From the NCBI GenBank assembly GCA_002633005.1, contig NMRA01000104.1, forward strand, positions 680,841-744,840: a DNA stretch of 64,000 nucleotides. The letters are read 5' to 3'. The notes below the pieces were generated by a model. That model was given only the letters and a program-made list of their open reading frames with translations, did not search any database and was not told where the DNA came from. Made by a program: the position numbers and the translations under genes. Below are positions 12,501 through 24,500 of the stretch, piece by piece. Numbering within the stretch: position 1 is the first letter of the stretch; every line of letters starts with the position of its first letter. This stretch comes from Phoronis australis. Taxonomy: Eukaryota; Animalia; Phoronida.

Positions 12501-15500
12501 TACAGAGGTAGACAAACCACTAAAAGTATATTAAATAAGACCAGAAACAAGACTCAACCCAAAGTAAATTGTCTCTCATTTTACTTGAATATTTTGTACA
12601 ATATTACTGAGTACAAGTGAAAATGAAAATCCACTTACTTGACACTGAATACATTGTTATGTCGGCCAGGTCTAAATTTGGTGGGTTGATCAGCTACTGG
12701 CAGCCTAGAGTTAGCCACTTGCACATAGTTGCTACTTCCGACAGCAAGGTACACATTGTGTGTATTGTGGTTAATGTATCCAAACCAAGCCGTGTATTCT
12801 TTGAAACCAGCCACAACACATTCCAGTAGGGGTTGTACAGACTCTCGTCCTCCTTCCCCATCTAAAGGATCTTTGTAAGTGCCATGACCTGAGATGCACT
12901 GTATTGTACAATGACCTTTTCCAACAAAATCTACAAGTAAACATTCGGCATAAGGTGGAGATGATTGGTTTTACAGACAAGTGATAGTTGCTATGGATAC
13001 CAAAATGGTTTATTCAATACAAAAATTGTTAATGAGATCATTAAATTAAATGTAGATATTAGTAAGTTACACAACAAGCAATAAAGCAGGGACCTGTTCC
13101 AAGAAAATTGACTAAGCTACGACAATCTTAAAATAAATTTTAGTTAATTTTAAGACAAAACTTAAATTTGTCTTAAGTCCGTTCCAAGAAAATGGTGTTA
13201 ACTATGATTTGAGTTTTTGACCTAAGTTTTGTCTTTAGTATAAGTAATTTCGCAAATATTTCAAAGTTTGAAGGTTGAAATAAATCTTAGACTTAGGTCA
13301 AAAATAAACTTTATTGGAACGGGCTCCAGGACAATCACACCAACGTGCCACTGTGCTCCATGCAGAACACAACATTGCTCATTACATCACAATCACACAA
13401 GCCACATTCAAGCAAGATGGAAAGGTGAGAGCCCAACCTGGGTGACAGGTGGTACAGTCAGGGGCACTCCAGCCAGGCTGGCACTCATTACAGCTTCCAC
13501 CTTGCCAGTGTCCATGGGTGTCATCGTCATAACACTGACATGAGGTGCCACCTAAAATGACAATGACTTCATACTAGTCAATAGATAACAAGGTTACCTG
13601 TTAGTGTTACTTAGGTTTATACATCATTTGAGCAACTACAAGAACAGTGGAGGCCATTACCAACATTATGATACTCAGTCAAAGCTGCACGATTCGCAAC
13701 AAACTACAAAATTACAAAGTACAGTGTTGTGAAACAAAGATTAAGCATTCAGCGTCTGGATATTGGACCTAGAGTTACCAGTAAATATCCAGTGTGTGGC
13801 TATACACACTACAAATGGTGTTGTAGTCATAAATACCTGGTGTAGAGCTATATCCATGGATACACAACACACTACAGGTGGTGTTGTAGCCAATGTAATT
13901 GTCTTCACACCGTTCACAGTCGTTGCCAACAAAGTTGGGCAGGCATCTTTCACAGGCAAGGCCATCAAAACCATGGCGACAAAAACACTTCGGAGCTGCG
14001 CTGTTTTCCGGCACAAGACAGGTACCTAATGATTGGATAGAAAACTTGTCTATTGAAACATAAAATGATATAAAAGCTACCACAAAGCTACTTTCCGTCA
14101 AAAAATTGTTTGACTTGACCATTTACAGTCATGAAACTGGTCTCAACTTACAAGTGATTTCTGTTCTAGGAAGGAACTGGTCGTTAGTCATTGCTTCAGA
14201 GCAGACTCAACAAGTTGGGTTGTCAAAAGACATGATTGTCATCGTGCACACAGGGACTTGAGCAATAACATTTTCATTATACAAAATGTCATATACAGTA
14301 GAGATAGGCCACCAAGCATGTATCACTCTCATTCAATGGGCATTTTGATAACAAGAAGAGTTGTGGTCACTGGAATCAGCTTGCATGATGCATTGTTAGT
14401 CAAGAGTAGCCCCACAATAGACATTAACTCAGGATCTACAAACTTACACACAAGACAGGATATCATGTGTTGCTGATAAATATCTCTCAGGCAAATATTG
14501 GCTACAGTATAGTTCATGAACAATAATTAAAAATGTGGCAGCAAGGCAACAGATGGATGGATGGAGGATGGCAAAGGATTGCCAGGCACTCAGTAATACA
14601 GTGTTTGGATGGCTGGAGGATGACGAAGAGTGGCCAGCCAATCAGTAATAGTGTTAGTCATTGCTTCAGAGGAGACTCAACAAGATGGGTTGTCAAAAGA
14701 CGTGATTGTCATTTTACACACAGGCATTCAGCAATACAGTGTTTTGATGGCTGGAAGATGACAAAGGGTGGCCACGCACTCAGCAATACAGTGTTTGGAT
14801 GGATGGAGGATGACAACGGATGGCCAGCCACTCAGCAATACAGTGTTTTGATGGCTGGAAGATGACAAAAGATAGCCAGCCACTCAGCAATACAATGTTT
14901 GGATGGCTGGGGGATGACAAAAGGTGACCAGTCACTCAACAATACAGTGTTTGGATGGGTGGAGGATGACAACGGATGGCCAGTCACTCAGCAATACAGT
15001 GTTTTGATGGCTGGAAGATGACAAAGGGTAGAGAGCCACTCAGCAATACAGTGTTTGGATGGATGGAGGATGACAATGGATGGCAAGGCAATCAGAAATG
15101 CAGTACATTTGAATGGAAGGAGGATATCAAAGAGTAGCCAGCCATTTGGCAATGCAATGTTTGGATAAAGATGGAGGATGGCAAAAGGTGGCCAGTTGTT
15201 CAGAGCTATCAACCATAAAATGTTAAGACTGATAAATTACAATGCATACAGTCAGAATTGCAATGCAAGTATGACTATTAATAAAACTTGGGGCTAAATT
15301 ATTATACAACCTCTTCTCTGCACTCCACGTACAAATACTTGCCTCTGCCATTGCAGTATGGTGTGCCAGGACAAACCAGTTGAGAACAGTTGTAAGACGT
15401 GAACCCAGGATTACACTGGCATACAGACATGTTGTTGATTCGTCTACAGGAGCCGCGATTAGAACAGTCAGGTTCACCTGCAGAAGGAGAGGAAGAATTA

Positions 15501-18500
15501 TTCAGGAAAACGTGTAATGGAATGTCCAGACGTGCGTTTCATAGATCTAGTTTCTAGCGAGAAAGCAAATGATCACCCCCAGCTACTTCAGAGATTCTTA
15601 AGTCTACGAAACTCTACCCTGGGAAGCACAATTTAGTTTCTTGCCAGAAAAGCAAAAACCTGCAAGACGTTGCAAGATATCGCCGTGTATTGCAAGTGAA
15701 GAATGTTATCACACTAGCTTCCTTAACAAGATTCCTACCTATACTATATTTTACAAAGGATTTCACATATTGATAGTTTGTCTCACTAGCATACAAACAA
15801 TTCATGTATAATATATAAGGTGATTTAAAAACAAAAAGTACCATCAGATAATTTTGTCACCAAGCAGAGTGTTTTAAGTAACTGGTTTTGAATCTTAAAT
15901 TTGTTGCTCATTTTGTTCCTTAAAAACATACCATTATACAGAATTATAGCTGCAATTACTGTACATAGGTTCAAAACCAAAACATATTGTTTAGAAGATT
16001 TACTGTTATAGACCATGAGCCAATGTTTCAGTATTCTGCATATACAAACACTATATTAAGCCTACTACTTAAACTCACCCGGGCAATCGAGCAGTTGACA
16101 GAGATCCCCAGTGTATCCCTCATTGCACACACATGTGCCTCCTGAACAAACGCCATGACCAGAACATTCTATGTCACAGCCTGGTCCCGAGTAACAACTG
16201 TCGCAGACACATTTCTGACTAAAGGGGGCACTCTCATAGCCATGAACACAAGGCAGTTGACATTGGTCTCCCATAGAGAGGCTGCAGTTGACACATCGAG
16301 GAGGGTCATAGTTCATCCCGTCACAGTCACCTACAGGAATTATAAAGAATGGGTTTATCAGCTTACATGCATACTCCTATCCACTTAACTGTATATGACT
16401 GAATGTTGAAGCACAGCTACTGAATGATGTGAGTAAAAATACAACAATCTAAGCATAATTTTTTCATTTCAGAACAACTCTATTTGCTGTCCTTTCACAA
16501 CGAAACTTACATCAAAATCTAGCAAGTCTACCTATGCGTAAATTGTTGTAACTCTGACATTCAAATGCCACTTACCTTGTCTAGTAAAAGAAACACAATC
16601 TGATGAATGTCATTTTCTTACATCATTCTCCCGCTTTAACAGTGCAAAGAAAGGTCCAACCCAAATTTCAAAACAGTACCCGTGTGAAACGCGTCAAGAG
16701 TTGTCTTTTAGGAGAATGACGATAACAAATTCGCTGAAGCAAAATTTCCTGAGAAATTTGGTTCGCTGATATTAAAGTAATTTTTTAAAACTACTGAGCA
16801 CAACCACTTCTGGCATTTTGTTATGAATTGTAAACAATGATATTGTGAAAAAGGAACTGTTGGATTAATGAATCAGAGTAAAAACAGAGACTGGTCACCA
16901 GATGGCGCCGCTCAATTTCAAAGTGTTCATATGATGACTCTAAGAACTTAATTGAAGAATGACAAACTAATGGCATTCTTTCGCGGCGGTAATGCACAAT
17001 TTAAATTAACTAAGAGAGTGTATAGTTATTAATGATGTTAAATTTGTGCAACATTTTGTTTTGCTCACTTTTTACCCAAATCATTGTAAACTTGTCAAAT
17101 ATACAGTTTTACTTCAAGGCTAGCACACTGCACTGCACACATTGCATTCTTAGGAGAAAATATCAATCATCATATTACTTAACCTTAAGAATGCTTGGCA
17201 TTGTTTCATTTTCATTAATACTAAGTCTTGTAAAACCACTGAAACCTTTGAAAAAACAATGCTCTACAATCCTCACCAACTGTCAAAGGTTGGGGGCAAG
17301 TTTGGAAGCTTGACCAACTCCACATGTACACAACGCATCATACCTCTTCCACTGCAATCAACAAGACCGGGACAGTCAGGCTGAGTGCATCCGGCACCCT
17401 TCCAACCATTGTAGCAGTAGCAGGCTTGCTGAGCAATGTCACAGATACCATGATGAGAACAACTGATCCTTGTACCTGGACACCCTTGCTCCTCACACTT
17501 CTCACCTGTGGACACAAATGTTTTCTAAAATACTGCACAGAGATGTAACAGTAGCAGGTGCCGTAAGTGATGTTACAAATACCATGACGAGAATAATTGA
17601 AACCTGCACATGAGAAGCCTTGCACTCCATACTTCTCACCAGTCAACACAAGGGGCCATCTAACATACAAAGAGGAGAAATGTCACAAAAATGTTTTTCT
17701 TTTCTCCACTTTGTGAGTGAGAGGACAAGAGAACAGAGGCCCGTTCCAAGAAACTGACTTAAGTTCATTTTTGACTTAAGTCTAAGATTTGTCTTAACTT
17801 CCAAACTTTGAAACTTTCACAACTGGAAAGTTAGTCAAAATTAAGACAAAATTTTTGTCATACATTTAAGTCAAACTTAAGATCTATTTCTTGAATTGGT
17901 TTTGAGACAATTTTTACTTTAATTATTTTAAAATTTACTGAAATTTTAAGATATGTCTTAGCTAAGTCAGTTTTCTTGGAACAGGCTGCAGTTTCATTCC
18001 CATATCCTTTAATCTGTAAAAATTCTCGCATTCCCACTAATTGAAATATTGGCAGTTTATACTATACTTGCTTCTCAGGGACATACCCCAAGAATTTGCA
18101 TTATGTTTTGGATTCATGAACGACCACTTAACTGTAAGAAGCAGTTTGGCCAACTCATGTAGTATAGCCAAGCATCCCAATACACTCTTCATCCTGATTA
18201 GTGACTTATTGCCTGATATTCAGTGGCTTTGTAGCACTCTGGTGCTAAGAAATCTGCACGTGACTAATTGTACAGATGAACATTGGCCTACTTACCCCAC
18301 CATGCTGTGTCACAGTGACAAGACCCATTAACACATCGACCATGATTGCTGCACTCTAAGTCACATGCGGGGCCAGAGAAACAGGCACTGCACGCACAAG
18401 TAAAGTCAACTTCTGGTATTCCCCTCACACATTTCAGGTCACATGCTAGACCCATCCAGCCTTCGTCACACTGGCTACACACGGGCAGGTCGCCGGATGC

Positions 18501-21500
18501 ATTACAGAACCCATGTCCACTGCAGCTGGGCTCTCCTGGGCAGTCGGCAACATGGCAGCCACTTCCCTCCCAACCACTGTCACAAATACACTGCCACTGT
18601 GACCTGTCACAGTAGCCATGGTTAGAACATTGACTGCCCTTGCCTGGGCAGCCCCTGTCAGTGCAGTGTGTTCCCCACCAGCCAGGGTTCAGTCCGTTAG
18701 CATCAGTACAGCTACACGTTCCATTGACACATACACCATGACTTCCACACAACTGTTGACAGCTGTGTCCATGGTGACAGTCGTCATGGCAAACACATCT
18801 GTAGCTGTCCATAGGAACTTGGAGACCGTTGCATGGTACCTCACATGCGTATCCCATCCAGCCTACATCACAGTTCGAGCAGTAAGGGATCACCTTATCA
18901 GTTGCACAAGTACCACGATTGTTACAGTCTCGTGGACAGTCAGGTATCTGACATCCAACACCTTTCCATCCTTCATTACAGAGACAGGATCCCAATGCCG
19001 CATTACAAGACCCATGTCCTGAACAGTCAAGACCAAAGTTACCAGGACATCCTGGTTCATCACAAAACTGACCGCGGCCAGATAGGAAAGCACACAAGCA
19101 GGTGCCATTAGCAGTGCAGGTTCCTGTTCCAGAGCAGATCTTATCACACTCGTAGCCATGAGCACATGGCGCACAAGTACAGTTACCGTCCACCAGAGAA
19201 CCATGCATACAGTTGTATTCACACGATATTCCAAAGTAATTGTTGTCACACAGACATTCCGGAATATCCAGTGGTTGGCACGTCCCATGGCCATTACAGT
19301 TCTTTGGACAAGTAGGAATGTGGCAGCCAATACCTGTCCATCCACTATCGCAGTAACAGACACCAGTTTGAACATTACAGCTACCATGAGCAGAGCAGTC
19401 TGAACCATGTCCTGGACATCCCTTTATATCACAGTACTGGCCTCTCCACCCATCAAAGCCACAGTCACAAATGCCATTTTGACAGTCTTGACTTCTGTCT
19501 GAGCAGAACTTGTCACAAGCTGGTCCATTATAGCACTCATCACAATGGCATATCCAAGTTCCATTATCAAACCTTTCAGAGCGCCCATGCACACACCGTA
19601 GTTCACAGCCATCTCCAATGAATGGAGCCGTGCAGTTGACACACCGGGGTTCACCATCAGGGGGTGCCACACACTGCCCAATAAGCCTACAGTCAGGATC
19701 CCCTGGGCAGTCTGGTATGTGACAAGCCTTCCCTCGCCAGCCTGGTGAACAGTCACAGGTCTTGGTGCCTAGATTACACGTACCATGATTCATGCAGTCG
19801 TATGGAAAGCCTGGACAACCACCAACATCACATTTATCTCCCTTGTAACCTTCCAGGAAGTTACACAGACATGTTCCTTCCTGTGTACACACACCATGAC
19901 CAGAGCATTGCTCATGGCAACCAATGCCTGTGTAACACACAGGGTCACAGATGCAGCCTTGTTCAGTACCATTGTTTCTGCCATTTACACACGGTATATC
20001 ACAAGCTGGTCCAGCCCACTTAACGGAACATGAACAACGTTTGGTACCATCAGCTCTTCCTATGCAGATGCCATTGCCTATGAAATTAAAGTGAGATATT
20101 TTCAATTAGTGACGGGTCAATGATCGATTAAGGTGATCAATTTGCAGTTCAATGTCAAGTGCTCAAACTTGATTTCCCAATCAATTTATCATATACGGAC
20201 TACATTATTTATAAACTGTGAAACAGCACATCACTTTAGCATCCATTTTTTAATCCCAGCCAATTAAGTGTAGATTATCTCACCAGAGCAGATAGGAGTT
20301 CCGGGGCAGTCAGCTACAGCACAGTTGAGCCCAGTCCAGCCAGGATAACAGCTGCACATCTGTGTGGCTGAGTTACAAGATCCATGCCCACTACAGGGGC
20401 TACCATTACCAAATGGGCAAGAACTCTCTTCACACTTGGGACCACTCCCAACATCTTCTCCTGTGAATTGATGCAAAATATATATCAAAACAGTTACCGG
20501 GTAACTCACAATCATTCTGAAGTTGTTAAGAAGTGTGAAATAAGAACAATGCTGGGGTGTTCAGATGTACCCACAGTGCCTTGCATAGGGACAACTAGGC
20601 TGTGCTTCAGTAGACAAATCGGCCCGAAAATCAAATGATGTTGGTGCATTGTCATCATATATATATATACCTCCGAGACAAATTTCACAAGATTAAAATC
20701 AGTGAATCATTTCTCTAGAGATCATCTGGAAATGCCCTTCTCAAAACAAAAACTGTGCCAAGTTTTATTGAAATCCATCAGTTGGTTCTCGAGATATCAT
20801 CCGGAAACACTCTTCCCCAAAATTGCCACTATGAGGCGTTCCTTTGGCCAAATCTGCCCGAAAATAAAGTGGTGCTGGCGCATTCTCATAATATATCTCT
20901 ATGTTTATCCGTTAATCAGTTCTCTAAGATACGATGCGGACACAATCTTCCCTCAAATAACCCTTGCAAAGCCCCTTGTCGAGAACAAAATGGCCGCTAG
21001 GAGATGCTGAATGGTTGAATCCGTCCAAAAATTTAATGAGGCCAGCTCACTGATATCAAAATAACTTAAGTTAGTGTCAAGTTTCATTGAAATCCATTTA
21101 TCTGTTCCCACATTACCAGCAATTCATAAACTAGGTCATCCGCCAGGTTCTCTGCGTAAACTAGGTCATCCTTATGGACCAGTTAGCGCTTCACTCTCCG
21201 CGTGTCTACTGGAGAGAAGCACCCAGGAAGGTTGTTCTACATTTTGTAGCCCAAAATTACCAAAGTTCAAATATATTCCGTCGAAAAGGAAAGACAAAAC
21301 ATAGCATTACAGATGTCTGGCCAATATCATGAGTCACTACTCGTAAGCAAATCAAAGCTGTCCTTACTCGTTGCCTTATCTCGCACTACCCGTCAATCGA
21401 CTAGTTTTCAGTTCGCAATGCGACAATACAATCCTCATAAATTCAACTTGTAATGACCCCTTTCAATTTTAAACCATGCCCGAAGTACTCGGAAACAAAT

Positions 21501-24500
21501 TATTGTTAGGTACAACGAGTTTTTTTTCTCTGAAGTGGATCGTAAACACCTCAGGTGACTGATCGAGTTTTATGCACATAGCTACTTTGGCCTAGAGCTG
21601 AATTCTTAGCTCCCATGCTATGGGCTGGGCCGGTCAAGGGCTAATCCCTGTTGTACGCCTTACTTAAGCATTGGAATCAAACTGTTATATATAGAGAAAA
21701 CGTTTATTAGTATACTGGTGTGAATATTATCAGTGATTTAACCAAAAACTTCGAATTGACTAGACCCACTAATGATAGTCTATGACGATAAACTGATATC
21801 AAAAGGCCAAAATTGGCAATTTTCGGCGACCCCATGTTAAATACAAAATTTTGTGTAATTTTCTTCAAAATTCTACATTTCAATCTTGATTATACTGACA
21901 TCTGTTGGGTCTATCGGCAACTAACCGCACATGAAAGGCTTGGTCGAAAATTATCGTTTTCTCACATGCACTTTCGGGTTTTTAGCGGCGATTCCACTGA
22001 TCGAAGCGACAAAATAAGCCAAAACTTTGGCCATACCATGTTAAACATAAAATTTTTTCCAATTTTGCTGAAACTTGGCCACGTTTTTAACAAAATACTT
22101 ATCTATGTTATGTGCTATCGGCAAATGTGATTGATTCATAAATAAGACCCTCACGCTGTGTTTTCTGCGAATCCTATGTATTCTGAAGGGGGCTAACTGA
22201 GTGATTTTCGCGCATGCGCAATTCACGGTTTCAATATTGCTGGTAATGAAGATATCACTCGGAAATGCTTTTTCCCAAAAATAAAGAAAAAGACAAGCCC
22301 CCTGAGCCCAGAGGGTGGGGGAGATTAAAAAGTGGCACAAACCAATCTAATAAAGATGCTCTACAAATTTCATCAAAATCCGACTAGGAGTTTTTGAAGT
22401 ATCGAGCAGACACCCCGGAAACCTTAAAACTAGATGCTCAGACAAAGTGACAACAATATGCGACCTCATATAATTTTTTGTCCCATACACATGCAGGAAA
22501 GACAAAATTTCTCCTCCATAAACTACAATAAATTTCTCACAAAAAAGAAAGCTCATGCAATTGATGAGGGAAGAAAGTTTTCAATATGGATAACCAATAA
22601 CGATGATACTTTAACATTGAATGCTTTATGCAGTCAACTAAGTCTAGTCAGCATGTGATAATTGAACCAGGTTTATGTATTTCTTTGTGCGTACCAATGC
22701 CTATGAAACACTTGCAGGTGGTTCCATCAGGACTGCACTTGCCCCGTCCAGAACATTCCACGTCACATCCAGCCCCCGTGTGGCAGCCATCGCAAACACA
22801 GCTTCCATCAGCAGCACGATGACCATAAACACATGGTAGGCTACAGTCATCACCCGTCCATTTCTGTTAGTTAAGCATAAAGTCATCAGTCAAATGAAGT
22901 TCAGTGTAGTGTAACGGCCATGCTTAGTAAATCATTATACAAGTGTTACTAACCATCATTTATGAGCAAGGAATGAACTTGGGATTGACAATTTAAAGTA
23001 TACCGAAATTTTGGGGAATGCTGCTAACTATCTAATTAGCCACGTGAATGACAAAATGTACACGTTTTGTTTTTCCATCACGTAAACATATTCCATTGCC
23101 TGTGCTCCACATTTTCGCGTTACTTTAAGGAAGTTTCGCATATTGGTGAGATGCTAGGTTTTGCATGGATGCGATGACATGGCTTTCAGTCACACTGTGA
23201 CACTTTTTGTCTTTCCATGGGAGAAGGCACTTGGCAGGAAATGGCACAAGTTTATAAATGGTGCTAGAATATGGGAGCAGTCAGTTGAAGATGCCATACT
23301 TGGAAAATTGGTTGCTCTGCAGTGATTAGATCAACAAGTCTTGCTCTGATGAGAGTAATGTGTGACACTTTTGGTTTCACCTTTTAAAATGTAAGTTTAA
23401 AATAATTATTGACATAACTTTTAATAGAAATAAAGATTTCATAATTATATTTTCAGTCCTAGATCGGCCTGGGGTTGCGTTTCACACAGAGAGCAATGGA
23501 CTCAGTAGAGTATCAACATGTGCAGCTCTGATTGGTAGCAGATTCGCACAGTGTGAAAGTGGCTTAACACTGTTGCTAAGGATTTCATCATGTGAATCAA
23601 GAGACAATCATTGTACAGTTGTTACCACTACTTGCAAAACAAAGCCCAAATTTGCAACTTTTATTTTGCTTCATATCATACCTTGTTTAAGTTTATGTAG
23701 GACATTATCAACAAGTGGTGTATTCAGCCACATCTGTACAAAATTGCAAGTTTCAACTCAGTATATTTTCTGAGAGCAGAAAGCCTCGTACAATTCGACT
23801 GTTGATGTTTTATCAATCTGCCATAAATTGGTTCAAGTGACTAAGTCTTTCAATTCTTGAAATGTTTTTATCAAAAAAGAAAAGAATATTCATAGCAAAA
23901 CAACGATGTCAATAACATGGGATTGATAAAATTAATTTTACATAAATGTCCAAGATAAAACCTCAAAAGCATACTTCATTTAATAATTTCATGTTCGTTT
24001 TTTGCAACTTTCAAAGTCACAAAGTCATATATTTGATGGCTTCTTACACACAACCGTAACATTTTACTTTAAAAATTGTGTAGAACAGCACATCAAATAT
24101 ATTATCTGAAAATTTCATATTATTAAGAACCCAATCTGCCATTCCTGAAATATGATGTTGCAAAGTTAGCCAAATTTAGACATTTTTCTATGGTCCTTAA
24201 CTCCAGGTGAATTAAATTCTAAAAGTGCACTGTGAAGATTTTTGAGCTTTCTGATGGTATACAACACTCATTAATGCACCATGATAGTAAAATGCAACAA
24301 TGTTTATTAATTCATTATTTCATGACCTAATAATAATCACTTCAAGGATGCCAAATCTTGCCCAAATGAACCCAGTGATTTATATTCATCTCTCACTGGA
24401 AGTACCTCAAGTTTTTTACTCAATAAGCGGATTTCATATTGACTGAAACAGGAAGTTTTACAGAACATTCAAAACATTTTACTAATAAGACAATGTCTGC

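Noticed and set aside
14530-15200. Repeat array as a CRISPR locus; ORFs 14533..14865 and 14988..15212
   Set aside because: Units are contiguous 52-bp tandem copies with no unique spacers, there are no cas genes, and the context is a eukaryotic intron. The ORFs are by-products of the repeat.
23465-23575. Short inverted repeat tttcacac...gtgtgaaa as a structured ncRNA
   Set aside because: The arms are short and imperfect. It is more likely a MITE remnant and there is no other support.
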